Positions 48,591 to 60,430 of a DNA stretch of 64,000 nt are shown here, piece by piece (positions within the stretch are counted from its first letter, which is position 1; each line of letters opens with the position of its first letter). Origin of the DNA: Lama guanicoe (lineage: Eukaryota); the NCBI GenBank assembly GCA_013239625.1, contig MU057051.1:2353603-2417602 (forward strand), written 5' to 3'. The notes under the pieces are model-generated. The model was not told the origin of the DNA. It was given only the letters and a program-made list of their open reading frames with translations, and ran no database searches. Both the position numbers and the translations under genes were made by a program.

Positions 48591-49084
48591 TGTGCTTTGT
48601 AAAACTATCCTATGAGGTATAGATACTCAGACTTCTGGGGCGCCACTGTGGAATGCTTGCTTCCCTGCAGCAGCCCAAGAAGACGTCGCACCAGCCTCAT
48701 GCACAATGATCTGGTCCACCCCTTGCAGAAGGAATTCTGTCGAGACATTCTGCTGTCAAGGGAGCAGGAGGCCCCCTGACTCTGATCCTCATCCCCGAGG
48801 AACCTGCCCACTAACTGTGGCTGCTTCCCTCAGCTTTTGGACAAACTAAGATCCTGGGAAAGCAGTAGCTGACCAGCATGGGATTTGCTGAGGGAAATCT
48901 GGACAATACCTGGCAACTGGGAAAGGCTGTCCTGCTTTTCAACCTTCACCTTGGCTCTAAGGGCTTCCAGCTCCCAAGCCTCTACTGAAACAGAGTCTGG
49001 ACCAGTCAGCAGCAGAACGGATGAGGAAAGGGAGGTATAGGCGCACAACGGAAGGCTGCAGGGACGGGGATGAGCAAGTCCCAC

Positions 49085-49340
49085 CGCGTGCAGCCGCGTG
49101 GGTGGACCTTACCAATGTGATATTGAATGAAAGAAGCCAGAAACAAAAGAGCACGTACTGTATGTTTACATTATTGAAAAGCTCCCCCCGCCCCCAGAAG
49201 CAAGATAATCTATATTAAGGCACAAGGGTATGCAAGGGAGGCTTCTGGGATGCTGGCTCAAATTGTGAAAATTCATTGAGCACTTACTACATAAGCACTT
49301 TTCTAGATATATGTTGTACTTCACTAAAAAATTAAGAAAA
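49085..49340 (+). mobile_element. Old L1M 3' fragment
   Basis: 'gtggaccttaccaatgtgatattgaatgaaagaagccagaaacaaaagagcacgtactgtatg...tgtgaaaattcattgagc'. Confidence 0.75.
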
Positions 49341-51349
49341 ACATTCTGGGCCAAAGGGCAGGAAAGCCTCTTCAGCAATATCCCTGCGAACTCAGGGAAT
49401 AAAGTTCATCAGCAGTTCTGCCTGCATGGCTCTCAGTTATTATCTGTTTTGGACATGGCTTTATGAGTGAGATGTATGGAAAGTAATTAGCACTGTGGCT
49501 GACGTGCAGAATGCTCAGTGGATGGTGATAATAAATACTGCTAGTAAGTTATCAACTGACCTAGGATACAAAATAATAGTGAAATACAAAGAACAGTCCT
49601 TTTTATTAAAGGAGAAAAAGAGGTTTTGGAATTTTCAGGTACATCTTTGAGTAGTAAGCTCCTAATTCTTTTTGGAAGTCCCTCCAAGCATAGTCTTGGA
49701 GGAAAGAAAATCTAAGCCTCTCCCTTAGAGTTTCTAGCCCCTCATTAGTAACCAGCACAAAAACAATGTCCCAAACGCCAGTGTCATTTGACCAAACAGT
49801 CCAGTTCACATCATATGCATCATTGATCAATTCAATGCGCTGCTTAGCCAGGAACCTGGAATCCACCCACCTGATCAAGCATTTGGATCTCTTTGGCCAT
49901 CAATCTAGTTTGTGAACTTAGAGACCAAACAGACGTGATTGCTATTGGATTCCTCAGTCGCAGAGTAAAACTTTGGCAGAAACGGCCAAGTCTGGAAAAT
50001 GTGCAGTGATAGCTCTGTTTCAGACCTGACTGGAAAGAGGACTCTTCTGAAAGAGCCAGCAATTAGACAGTCTCAGCAAGGCAGAGCATTTCATTGCAAG
50101 CTGTGCCCCTCAACTGCAAATTAGACGCCAAATTAACTCTCAGGAAGATCTGAAACTCCTTCAGAGTATGCTTCACCAAAGAAACCTCAGCCTGACTATT
50201 TCTGAATTGGATTTGCGAAGACTTCATTGCTAGCTGCAAGCACTTGGAGAAGACTTTTACTCCCAGAGTGGTTTCCTACAATTTCAATCCTGCTTACAAA
50301 CGGCTGCAAGTCCCTTGTGACCTGGGGTGCCACCGACAGAGCTACCTGGTGTGCTACGAAGCAAGCTCTGTCCCACACAGTCAAGAACGCTTACATTCGT
50401 TGTGACAAACATTTAAAAAAGAAAATCCACGCCCATCTCCGGAGAAAAGGCAGGCTCTTACCTAGTTCCAGGCTTTGTCCATGGACACTTGACTGGATAA
50501 AGATGCACAAAATCAAGAAAATAGAGACACACAGGGGATTTTCCATGTTTCCTGTCTCAGCCAGGGTCCGAGGTCTTCTTGCTAATTTCTGAAGCTAAAG
50601 AGACCAGATTGTCTATTGATACCTTGTTAGGGAAGACTGCTCATTAATAATTAACCTTCTAAACACGTTTTCTAGTGTTCACTTTCCTCGCTACCTGTAA
50701 TCCCAAATCTGACTATATCTCATACCAAAAAAAAAAAAAAGGTGGATTTACCAAAGGGTTTGTTTTTTTTCCAATTCTGATACATTTTGAAACTAAAATA
50801 TTCTGTCATGTATTCTAACCTTCTCGGGCCAAGGTCATAGTTCCAAATTAATCAATTTTGTTAATGTGTTGTGCTTGGAAATGCTGTCAAAGGTCAGGGG
50901 TAGGTGGCTCCCACATGGTTGCCTAGGTCTCTCTCTGACAGCACTGCAAAGGGGAGGCAGGCTCTTGCCAGCAGTGTTTCAAACTGCAGGCTAAGCCCAG
51001 AGAGAGAAAAAGACTCTGCTATGAGGAGAGCCCAGAGGGTCTGTTTTCTGTTGAGTTGGGCAAAATTGCTGGTGCCTGTGGTCAGAGAGTTGTGGGCAAT
51101 ATTTCTAGAGCTGAAAGTGGCAGAAAACCTCTAACCTTAGTGTAAGAAGGGGCTGATGGAGGAGCAAAGATGCAGAACTGGATGCCTTTTCCGGGGGCCC
51201 CTGGAGTAAACATCCTGTTTCCTCCTCCGTGTTAATTAATGCTCCAGCTGTGTAGAGGACTGAGAAGTAAGGACATGCAGCAGAACAGGCAGGGAAAATG
51301 TTTCTGTGTATGGCTCTTATAGTGTTCTTTGGGTCTCTATTTTATTTAA

Positions 51350-52305
51350 ACTTTATTCATTTGTTCAGGTTTTTTTTTGTTTGTTTATTTTTGTTTTTTT
51401 GCATACCTACGATGTGCCAGGCACTGTTCTAGGCACTTGGGATATACAAGTGAACAAAACAGACCAAGATTCCTGTCCTTGTGGAGCTTATGTACCATTG
51501 GGGATGGGAGGTGTCAGATAATAGATAATAGACGTAATAAGTAAGAGATGATGTAGATTGGTAGAATGCAATCAGAGCTACGGAAAAAGGAAAAGTATGA
51601 CTGAGTTAAGGGGGTTGAAGGAGGTAGTGATTTTAAATAGAATGGTCAAGGTGAGCCTTGTAAGAAAGTTGCACTTTGAGCAAGCATTTGAGGGAGCTGC
51701 CCTTGTGAACATCTTGAGAGCTTTAGGTGGCCAGAACAGCCAGTGCAGCCAGTGCAAAGGCCCTGAGACAGAAGCATGCCTGGTATGTTCCACAGACTGC
51801 ATGGAGGTCAGTGATTAGGGAGATGTCATCATAAGGACTGGGGCTTTCACATGAGATACGGGGAACCAGCCTGAGCAGAAGAGTGACACGGTTTTGTATT
51901 ACATTTGTGAGGACCATTCTGTTTGCAAGGCTAGGAACAGATTATTAGTGAGCAGGGGTACAAGTGGGGGAGATCTATTGCAGTGATTGGTGAGAGGTGA
52001 TGGTGGCTTGGTTCAGCATGGTAAGAGTAGAATTGGGGAGTGGTGGATGGGTGCTGATGTGTTTTGAAGGTAGATGCAACAGGATTTTCTGACTCCTGGG
52101 ATGTGGAGAAAGAGAGGGGTAGAAGATGACTTCAAGGATTTTGGCTTGAGCAAGAGGGACAGTGCTGTTGATATCAGCTGAGGTGGGAAAGGCTGTGAGT
52201 GGAGCAGGTTTGGTGAGTGGGAAGATGAGGAATTCAGATTTGGCCACGTGGAGCCTGAGATGCCTCTTAGACATCTAAGTGGAAATACTGAGTAGGCAGT
52301 TGGGT
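51350..52305 (-). mobile_element. L2a, ~950 bp
   Basis: 'cctacgatgtgccaggcactgttctaggcacttgggata...aaaggccctgagacagaagcatgcctgg...gatgacttcaaggattttggcttgagcaa...tgagatgcctcttagacatctaagtgga'. Confidence 0.9.
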
Positions 52306-53946
52306 AACATGGTGACCATTGCCCGTATGAAACTGACTGACAAGACCACCAGAAGTTTGGACAGGCTGACCCTAGGGCAAACCTTAACACTGCTGTCCTG
52401 TGGCTGCACATCCTTCCAGAGGACTGCACCATGGGGACCGTCCGGTCAGATGCATCATTTCTGAGCAGAGGCTTCTGCCCTGGTTCCTTGGCTGGCTCCA
52501 TTCTACTTTGCATGGTTAAGCAGGAACTAAAGTTTCCACTTCTTATTTCCCAGAAAGTTGGAACCTAAAACCAGCTGACTATGCACTTTGGGCTCCTCTC
52601 CCCTGGGTCCACCTCATCTTTTGTCCTCTGAGTACTGCCGGGAACCAACTGTGCCCCCATCTCAGCCTGCAGATTAACTCACCAAGATACCAGTGAATCC
52701 AAGTGCCTCCAGGATCCGGGGTTTACTATCAGCTAGCTGCAAAATGTTATTTAACCTTAATGAATTCCATCTCCTCACCTGTAAAATAAGATACCATGAG
52801 CTGGAGATAATATTTTGAGGTGTCAACTTAATATATTTCTCCCAACCTCTGCTGCACACTCTCCCTCCCTCTTACAAAGGGTAAAGTAGAGAGAAGGCTA
52901 AATCTTTTGTCTTCTCAACCTTAGGACCTAGGGTAAGTGAATTCCAACCAACAAAGAGAAGCAAAAAGCTAAACATGTTTTAAAGGGATGTGAAGGAAGG
53001 AGTACCCTTACCTCCCCATCACTAGAAGGAGAGTCTGCTGGGCTTTGCAAGTGGGTAGGGGAGGGGGACATTTGTCTATGGGACAGAGGGGGCCGGTTCC
53101 TTGCTTCCAGAGGTAGTAAGAAACCAAAGAGGAAACGTCTGTGTGTGTGTCAGCAGTGGGGCAAAAGATGCCCCTGTGCCTGGTGTGGGATGGGGGCAAC
53201 AGGGAGCGCTGGTGCCGACAGGTCATGTAGATGGGGAGGACCAGCCCCTCAGTCAGTGGTCCCCTATGTGGACTAATGGCAGAGGACCAGCTGCTCACCC
53301 CTAACCCCAGGCCTGGGTATTGTGTCTGGTCTCAAACTGGCAGGGAGGGTAAGGTGAAGGAATCCAGGAGGGCTTGAAAAATAGGAGTTTGGAGTCATAA
53401 TTCAGATGAGTTATAGAAAATAATGCTATTTCTTCCACATCAGAATCTGTGGACTGAGATTCACACCTCTGCGAGCATGGGTCTGTCATGAGTGTTGGAA
53501 ATTTGTACGTGAAGTGCCCAGCCGAGTGCTTTGTTCAGAGTAGAATTCCAATAAATTATAGTGATTTATTTTGTAGGCAATATGCTTAGTAGTCAAGAGT
53601 CCAGGCTCTGGAGTTAGAAAGATCTAGGTTAAGGTCCCTGGCCTATCACTTACTGCCTGGGTGACCTAGAGCAGGACATTAGTGATCTGAGCTCTGGATT
53701 TTTTGTCTGTGTAGCGGGACTAGGTATACTTACCTGATCAGGTTAAAGGAGGTGAGGTGAAGGGGTAAAGCCCATAGCAATCCTGGCAAGCAGGAGATGA
53801 TAAATGGCAACTATTCTTACTATTTTTATAGCATTTAATTCATGTAGGGGGTCAAGGGGGTGTCCAGGAGGTAGATAAACAGCAAGACCACAGTGATAAA
53901 ATTTTAGCCGAAAATGAAAAGGGTAGGAAAACAGAACGGGCTGGAT

Positions 53947-54128
53947 CAGTGGTTCCCAAATCTGACTGAGGGTTGCAATCGGAGTCAGCCCTGAGCTCAG
54001 GAAGAGGGAGCCACAGGCCAGTCCCAAGAACAGTGAATGGGCACTTCCAGGCCTGGGGCCCCGACAACCTGCATTTGAAACAAATCCTCCGGATTATTCC
54101 TGGTCACCCACAGTTTTGAGAACCATTG
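53947..54128 (+). mobile_element. MER5B-like
   Basis: cagtggttcccaaa ... ctgcatttgaaacaa ... ttttgagaaccattg. Confidence 0.7.
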
Positions 54129-54205
54129 CCTCAGGGTGACGCTTGAATGATCTGTTGGGGCACAAGAGGAAAATGATAGGTCTTTCAGATTTCTCTTACA
54201 CTACC

Positions 54206-54547
54206 TGCTAGAGGCTGAATGTTTGTGTCCCCCCAAAATTCATAGGTTGAAACCTAGCCCCCAAGGCGGCGGTAGATGGAGGTGGGGCCTTTGGGAGATG
54301 ATTAGGTCACAAGGCCAGAGCCCATGAATGGGACTAGCGCCCATATGAAAGGAATCCCAAACAGATCCCTGCCCCCTTCCTCCCTGTGAGGTTACAATGA
54401 GAATATGGCCATCTCTGAGTTCCTCGTTAGACACCAACTCTACAGGTGCCTTGATCTTAGACTTCCAGCCCCCAGAACTGTGAGAGATACATTTTATAAG
54501 CCACCCAGTCTATGCTATGCTCTTATAGCAGCCCAAACAGACTGACA
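54206..54547 (+). mobile_element. MLT1A0-like MaLR solo LTR
   Basis: 'tgctagaggctgaatgtttgtgtccccccaaaattcataggttgaaacc'; near-matching 5-bp TSD ctacc / ccacc. Confidence 0.88.
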
Positions 54548-54730
54548 CCACCTTAGAAAATTTTGTTTATGTATATATAATGTTTATAATATACTTACAC
54601 TATAACATTTGTATATAGTACTATGTAATATATTAATGCTATATAAGTTATAAGCAGATAAATATACCCATATATTTTGGGGGAGAATTCAAAAATTTTT
54701 TCAAACTGATAAAGGTGCTTTACTAAAAAT

Positions 54731-55022
54731 NNNNNNNNNNNNNNNNNNNNNNNNNNNNNNNNNNNNNNNNNNNNNNNNNNNNNNNNNNNNNNNNNNNNNN
54801 NNNNNNNNNNNNNNNNNNNNNNNNNNNNNNNNNNNNNNNNNNNNNNNNNNNNNNNNNNNNNNNNNNNNNNNNNNNNNNNNNNNNNNNNNNNNNNNNNNNN
54901 NNNNNNNNNNNNNNNNNNNNNNNNNNNNNNNNNNNNNNNNNNNNNNNNNNNNNNNNNNNNNNNNNNNNNNNNNNNNNNNNNNNNNNNNNNNNNNNNNNNN
55001 NNNNNNNNNNNNNNNNNNNNNN
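54731..55022. other. Assembly gap (N)
   Basis: N run. Confidence 1.
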
Positions 55023-55336
55023 GAACATGTCTCAACATAATAAAAAAAGTGGGTGAAGACTGCTGTAGAGGGACACGGTGGCCCCTGAGCCTCAGGGACC
55101 TGACTATAATGTGGGGATCTCATCAAAGCACTGGAACAGTCAGCAGATCCATTAGTGGGATTGAGTCATCTCCACACTCCAGAAAGCTCAGCAGCTACTG
55201 CAGGACTCTTCACTTCCCATGAACATGACCCTTGGCGCCTCCAGCAAAGTTATCCACGTTGCCCACAGTGGTAGAGCCCAGGGCTTGCTCTCATCTGCAA
55301 TCCTCAATCCAAAATTATAATGGTCTCAGTGGTGGA

Positions 55337-55428
55337 GGGGGGGGTATTGCTCAGTAATAGAGTGCATGCTTAGTACACGTGAGATCCTGGGTTCAAATCC
55401 CCAGTACCTCAACTGGAAAAAACAAAAA
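55337..55428 (+). mobile_element. Vic-1-type SINE (older, more diverged)
   Basis: ggggtattgctcagtaatagagtgcatgcttag...gggttcaaatccccagtacctc followed by an A tail. Confidence 0.85.
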
Positions 55429-57589
55429 CTAAAGGTCTTATAACCAGATCCCTAAGAATTGCCCAGTTCATGCTCTCTTTTAATTTGAAAATCTTCTTGA
55501 AGAAGTAGAGATTTCAAGAGGCTGGGCTTTGATGACCTGGATGTAACCTTTTCTTTTAGTGTAATGGTGATAAGAAAGTTAATCAGGAGAAAAAATATTT
55601 TATAGAGATAAAGAGAGCAAGTCCCAGGAGGGAGAAGCCAGGGGATCAAGGTGACATTTTGTGGTGAGAGAAACAGGGTTTTATATTCTCAAATCAGCTT
55701 TTCTTGCTTTCCTCATCAGACACCGGGGATACCTGAGAATGGCAGACTCTTGGTGGAGTTCCAAGAAAAGGGCAGTGGAAACAGTAAGTTTTCGATTGCT
55801 GCTATTATGTCTCTCATTTTACAGTTGGGATTTAAGAGATGAAGAACTAGGGAAAAACTGTATTTTACCAGGAAAAACCTGAGGTAGGGGAAATCAGGGC
55901 CACCTGAGTCCAGGGTGTGATTTCTTAACCACTTAATCTCTGGCTTTTCTCAGGACTGCACTGAGCTTTCTTTCCTACACCTCAACCCCACTCCACTCCC
56001 TACATGAAATCTGTGAAGTGTGCAGGATCAAGTCCTTGGAACATAACTGTCCTCTCCTACACCTGATTGGAGCCAGGCTGCTACCAGAAAAATGAACAAG
56101 CTTTTATTGGGTCACAGATCGATCTGTGTGGACATTCTTGTACCATGTGGGATTACAGTAAAAACAAGTCGGGACACTTCTTTGAACTGGCCTGGAACAT
56201 GTCCTTACTGGAGAGGGGTTTGGCCTGAGGCCTAACCTTTTCCTTATCTGTTACTTTTTATTTTTTTTTTAAGACAAGTAAACACATGAAAGGTGAAAAC
56301 AAGATTGTGGATGACGTTAAAACTGTGAAAGAATGAAGTGTTTCAAACATTTCAAGCAGGTATGTATTCGTCCAAGATCATCATGCCTGCATTGACTAAC
56401 CTTTGCAGAGTAACCTCTGCATGGGCTCTGCCTCTGACTAGCTGTGTGACCTCCTGCAAATAATGTAACTTCTCTTTGCACGGGTTTTCTCATCTGTAAA
56501 CAGAAGGGTGAGGGTGAAATGGTTATTATATGGAATGTGTTTGTAACAACTATTGGCACATTCAGAGCCATTTGGTTTTTGTAACAAATGAAATAAAAAT
56601 TACTTCTTCCATTTTACAGGTGAGAAAACTGAGACTCTGAGATTCCTTGTGTAAGGCTATGTAATCTCTGTAGACTGGATCTGAGGACTTCTAGGTCCCT
56701 CTGAACTGATACTCACTCACTCCCAAAATCTGAAGTGAAGAGCTAGGGAATAAAGAACTGAGGTCTCCTTCTACACTTATTTTTATGTTTTCAGCTTTAT
56801 GCGGGCCCATTTATTCTCCCTATCAGAATTTCAGCTGCTGTTTTGTGGAACAGTGAAACTAACAAACAAAACACAAAAACCAGAGCTGTCTTTTTTTGGT
56901 GACTGGATACTCTGGAACCAACAATGCATTTTATGATGTTAGTAGTTCCAGTAGAATGGAAAACCTTTTGTCTCTGTTTGCATTATGCTTGTAAAGCAAA
57001 GGGAGGTAAAGATTTAACTTGGTTTTGAATAGCCAGATAAAGACCATTGCTGTCTCCTTAAAGTCTGACAAGGGCTTTCCCCTCCGTGGGAAAGAGGGTG
57101 GGCATAGAATGGACTCTGTGCCTACATCCTCCAGGTGCTTCGGGTGCTGCCTGGGCTTACTGAGGGGTGATCATGCTCGGCTCCTCGGGGAGACCAACCA
57201 AGATATGAACTGAATTGGCTCATTGCAGCAAACCAAGGGCACAGCTGGGGAAGGCGGGCCATTGGCACAGCAGCTCTCTTTCTCTGAATCCCAGTTCTTC
57301 CAACTATGGGGCAGCCAGAGGCACAGTCCTCATTCTCGCTATCAGGCAGGACTAGGGCATCACTCAGATCGAAGCGGCCCAAGCCTCTCTCCAGCAGCTG
57401 GTGCTTGCTCCAAAACACCCAGTCATCTTCTAAAAGCCTTCTGAGGGTAGCCAACGAAGTCCTTGGCTAAAGAAATCAGTTCCCAGTGATCTGCTTCGAG
57501 TGCTGCTAGTGACTCATTATTTTTCACAGGGTATCTTGTTGTCATGGTTAGTCATCGAGTCCTAGGCAGGCCCAGAAGTCAGGGGTTAA

Positions 57590-57780
57590 CAGTTCAGGGG
57601 CCAACTCCCATAGATCTCACTGAAGCCTCAGGAACAATTCCATGATGATGCATGTATGATTATTTCCTTTATGCACAGATGGAAGCTGAAGCTCAGAGAG
57701 GTTACTGAGTCATTCAAATCCACACTTCAGTAAGTGGTGGAATGAAATCTGAACCATGTTTGTCTGAATTCAAAGCACAT
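57590..57780 (-). mobile_element. MIR
   Basis: 'acagatggaagctgaagctcagagaggttact...cacacttcagtaagtggtgga'. Confidence 0.7.
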
Positions 57781-58859
57781 ACAACAAAAATTAGTCCTGC
57801 CAAGTGCAGTAGGAATTGGCCACGAGAATGGATCTAAGGTTAAAAAAAAAAATGGAGTTGTGTTGTGCTCCGGAACTGCTGATGAAGGTGTAGACCACGT
57901 GTTTATTGTTATTACTTTAAAAACAAATGTTCTAGAGCCTTTCTCAGCTGTTTACTGGAGGTAGCCTGAAACAGCCCATGAATCACAGCAGAAGATAGAC
58001 GTAATGGAGACACTATGGTGGGATGGAATTACATAATTTATACATAGATTAACTTTCTCCAGTCAACAGTGAAAAAGACCAGCCAAGATGAGGGGACAGG
58101 AGTCTTCACCCATGAATCTTTGGCATGGACAGAACAGAGTGTTTGGCAGGAAATTGTCAGGGCAAGACTAACAAAAGACCTGATTTACAGACCAGCAACA
58201 GTCATCCAGTTACTCTTAAAACCATTTGGGTTAGGTCATGCCGAAGGGTCCTGCAGAAGGCAACAATGAGGTGCTTTGACATACTTTGATAATTCTGTTA
58301 AGACATAATATTTTTTTCAAAAAGTAAAACCATAACTCTCATTCAGATATAAAATTGAATCTATGGTAAGTATTTTGTTTAATTCACTAATGAGGAAGCT
58401 GGTAAGGATGTTATAACCAATTCAAAGGAGAAGAAAAAAACCCCACAAACTTATGTGGATAAAGCGATGTTGAAATGAATGGGCAAATGGCAGGGAAGTG
58501 GCTGGAACTTGTACAGGACAGCACAGAGGCTGCCTTTCACGTCGCTGTTAGTTATCTACAATGCACACAGTTGTAAAATGCCTCAAGGGCAGTGGACGCT
58601 AGAATCAGATAACCCAGGAAGGTTGTGTGGTTTGTGGGGAGTGTATGGTTTTCTATTGAAGCACAAAATTTCCCCTGTCATTCCTATTGTTAAGAAGTGA
58701 TAAAGGAAGTATTCAGCTGCAGAACTTTAAGATAACAGGTTAAGGTTCCTTCCAAGGAAAGGCTGTCTCTTTTGGTATTTGTCTCTTGAGTGAGGGCTTT
58801 GTGACAGAGGACTGGATTTCCTTGCTGGCTTCTCTATTTTTTAGCCCCATTAGCAGGAT

Positions 58860-59005
58860 AATTATTTAAAATCTTTGTACCTCAGTTTCTCCACTCTAAA
58901 ATAGGGACAGTACTTTTTTTTTTTTTTTTTTTACTTCATGGGGTTTAGGGGAAGAATAAATGAGAACAACCCATGGACGGTGCTTAGCACAGTGCCCAGA
59001 ACAAT
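58860..59005 (+). mobile_element. MIR with internal poly-T
   Basis: 'cctcagtttctccactctaaaataggga...gtgcttagcacagtgcc'. Confidence 0.75.
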
Positions 59006-59260
59006 ACCTGTTGGCTCTTCTTATTTGTATTGATTATAGTCTTTCATCGAGCTTTTTATTTCTCCTACCCTTACATGTTCCTTCCCTGTCTCTTTTTCTG
59101 CCCATTTAACTGACTATTAATAACAAAGAATGGAACTATTTATAGTGTTTTTCAGAAAAAGTGTAGAGAGGGTCTATCCTTTCTGGTCTTGATTTTGAAA
59201 GAAACTGTGTAAGTTGTTATGCATTCCTTTGTATTAAAAAATAAAAAGCCCCACTCTCCA

Positions 59261-59371
59261 GGGGGAGGGTATAGCTCAGTGGTAGAGCACGTGGTTAGCA
59301 TGCATGAGGTCCTGGGTTCAATCCCCAGTACCACTGTTAAAAAATAAATTAAATAAAATAATTTTAAAAAG
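59261..59371 (+). mobile_element. Vic-1-type SINE
   Basis: Intact A-box TAGCTCAGTGG and B-box GGTTCAATCC; TSD core cactctcca (59252-59260 / 59372-59380). Confidence 0.93.
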
Positions 59372-59949
59372 CACTCTCCAAAAAAAAAAAATTTGCTTTC
59401 TTGTTTTTTGAGTGATTCCCATCACCCTGAATTTAAACTGAAAAAATGTGGCTCCTTTTCTCAGGTCAGTGGCAGAGAAAATGGACTCTAATATGAGAAA
59501 GGCCCTCAGAGGGGGTCCTTCCAGGAGAGCTGGGGACAGGACCCACAGCCTGGAGAGGTGACTTTCAGGAGTCAGGACTAGGAACTCACTGGTGAGTCTA
59601 TCCCTGGTCTGAGTCCTCAGACCCCAGGGGTCATGTCCAAGGGCTGAAAGTCTGTGCCCTGGGGGGCAGTGTGTACCAGGCACCAGAGAAAATTGACCAA
59701 ACAGCTCTTTCCAGAGTAGTTGGTGCAAACCTACCTTTGGGAAGTTTATTTTTCTCCCTTTGGGTAGGGTGGAGAGAGGATCTCTTGAACTACAAAAAGG
59801 AATTCCTGGATGTTTCCAGGTCAAGATACCTGCATGGATTTGACCCTGTTGTCAGCAAAAGCCCATTAACAATTCCCATGAAGTAAAAATAGAATCTGAG
59901 TAATAAAATGAAATCTAATCTTTGTTTTTCTTTTCCATTGTACTTAGAC

Positions 59950-60430
59950 TAGTTTCACTTCCTCTTAGGGTGCCTCGTGCAGAGGCCTCACACGCAGTTC
60001 CTGATGTGAAACTGCTGCCCCTGTCACCTGGGCTCGCGAGCCTCGTGCAGAAGGCCCGCGCACGACGCCGCAGTTCAAGCTGGCACGCGGGCCGTGTGCC
60101 GACGCTGCGCGGGGCGCCTCGCACCTGCGCCTGCGCCTGCGCAGTGAGACCCGCGCCCCTCCCTGCGGTCGCCAGCCCTGTCAGGCGGCCCCGCTGCGGG
60201 CCTGCCGGGGGAGCGCGGACTCTACTGTGAACTAGCAGGTCTCCATTTCTCTAACCAAAGAAGAAAGGTTTCCTTGGCTTCTGAACCAAACTCAGTCTCA
60301 TTCTCTCGAGCGGCCCCGGGAAGAGAGACCCGTGTCGGGGCCCCGCTTTCAGTTCTCACGCCTTGAGAAAGTGCCAGATTGTTCAGGTGAGCCGCACAGG
60401 CGCCCTCCCCTTTCCTTAGCGGCCTGCGTG
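59950..60430. promoter_or_regulatory. Compact CpG island / probable promoter
   Basis: About 30 CpGs in 60030-60220 (hand count) in an otherwise CpG-poor window; NRF1-type TGCGCCTGCGCCTGCGCA at 60126-60143; palindrome GGCTCGCGAGCC at 60031-60042. Confidence 0.75.
60150..60386 (+). other. Candidate non-coding first exon of a rightward transcript
   Basis: Strong donor CAG|GTGAGC at 60386/60387 just downstream of the NRF1 sites; no ATG in the segment; the start position is a guess. Confidence 0.4.

Noticed and set aside
54595-55126. Long ORFs containing X runs (also at 30.5-31.0 kb and 41.1-41.7 kb)
   Set aside because: Artefacts of translating through N gaps.
59990-60076. A-MYB-driven pachytene piRNA-cluster promoter
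   Set aside because: The gcagttc motifs do not match YAACKG, and nothing else in the sequence supports it.
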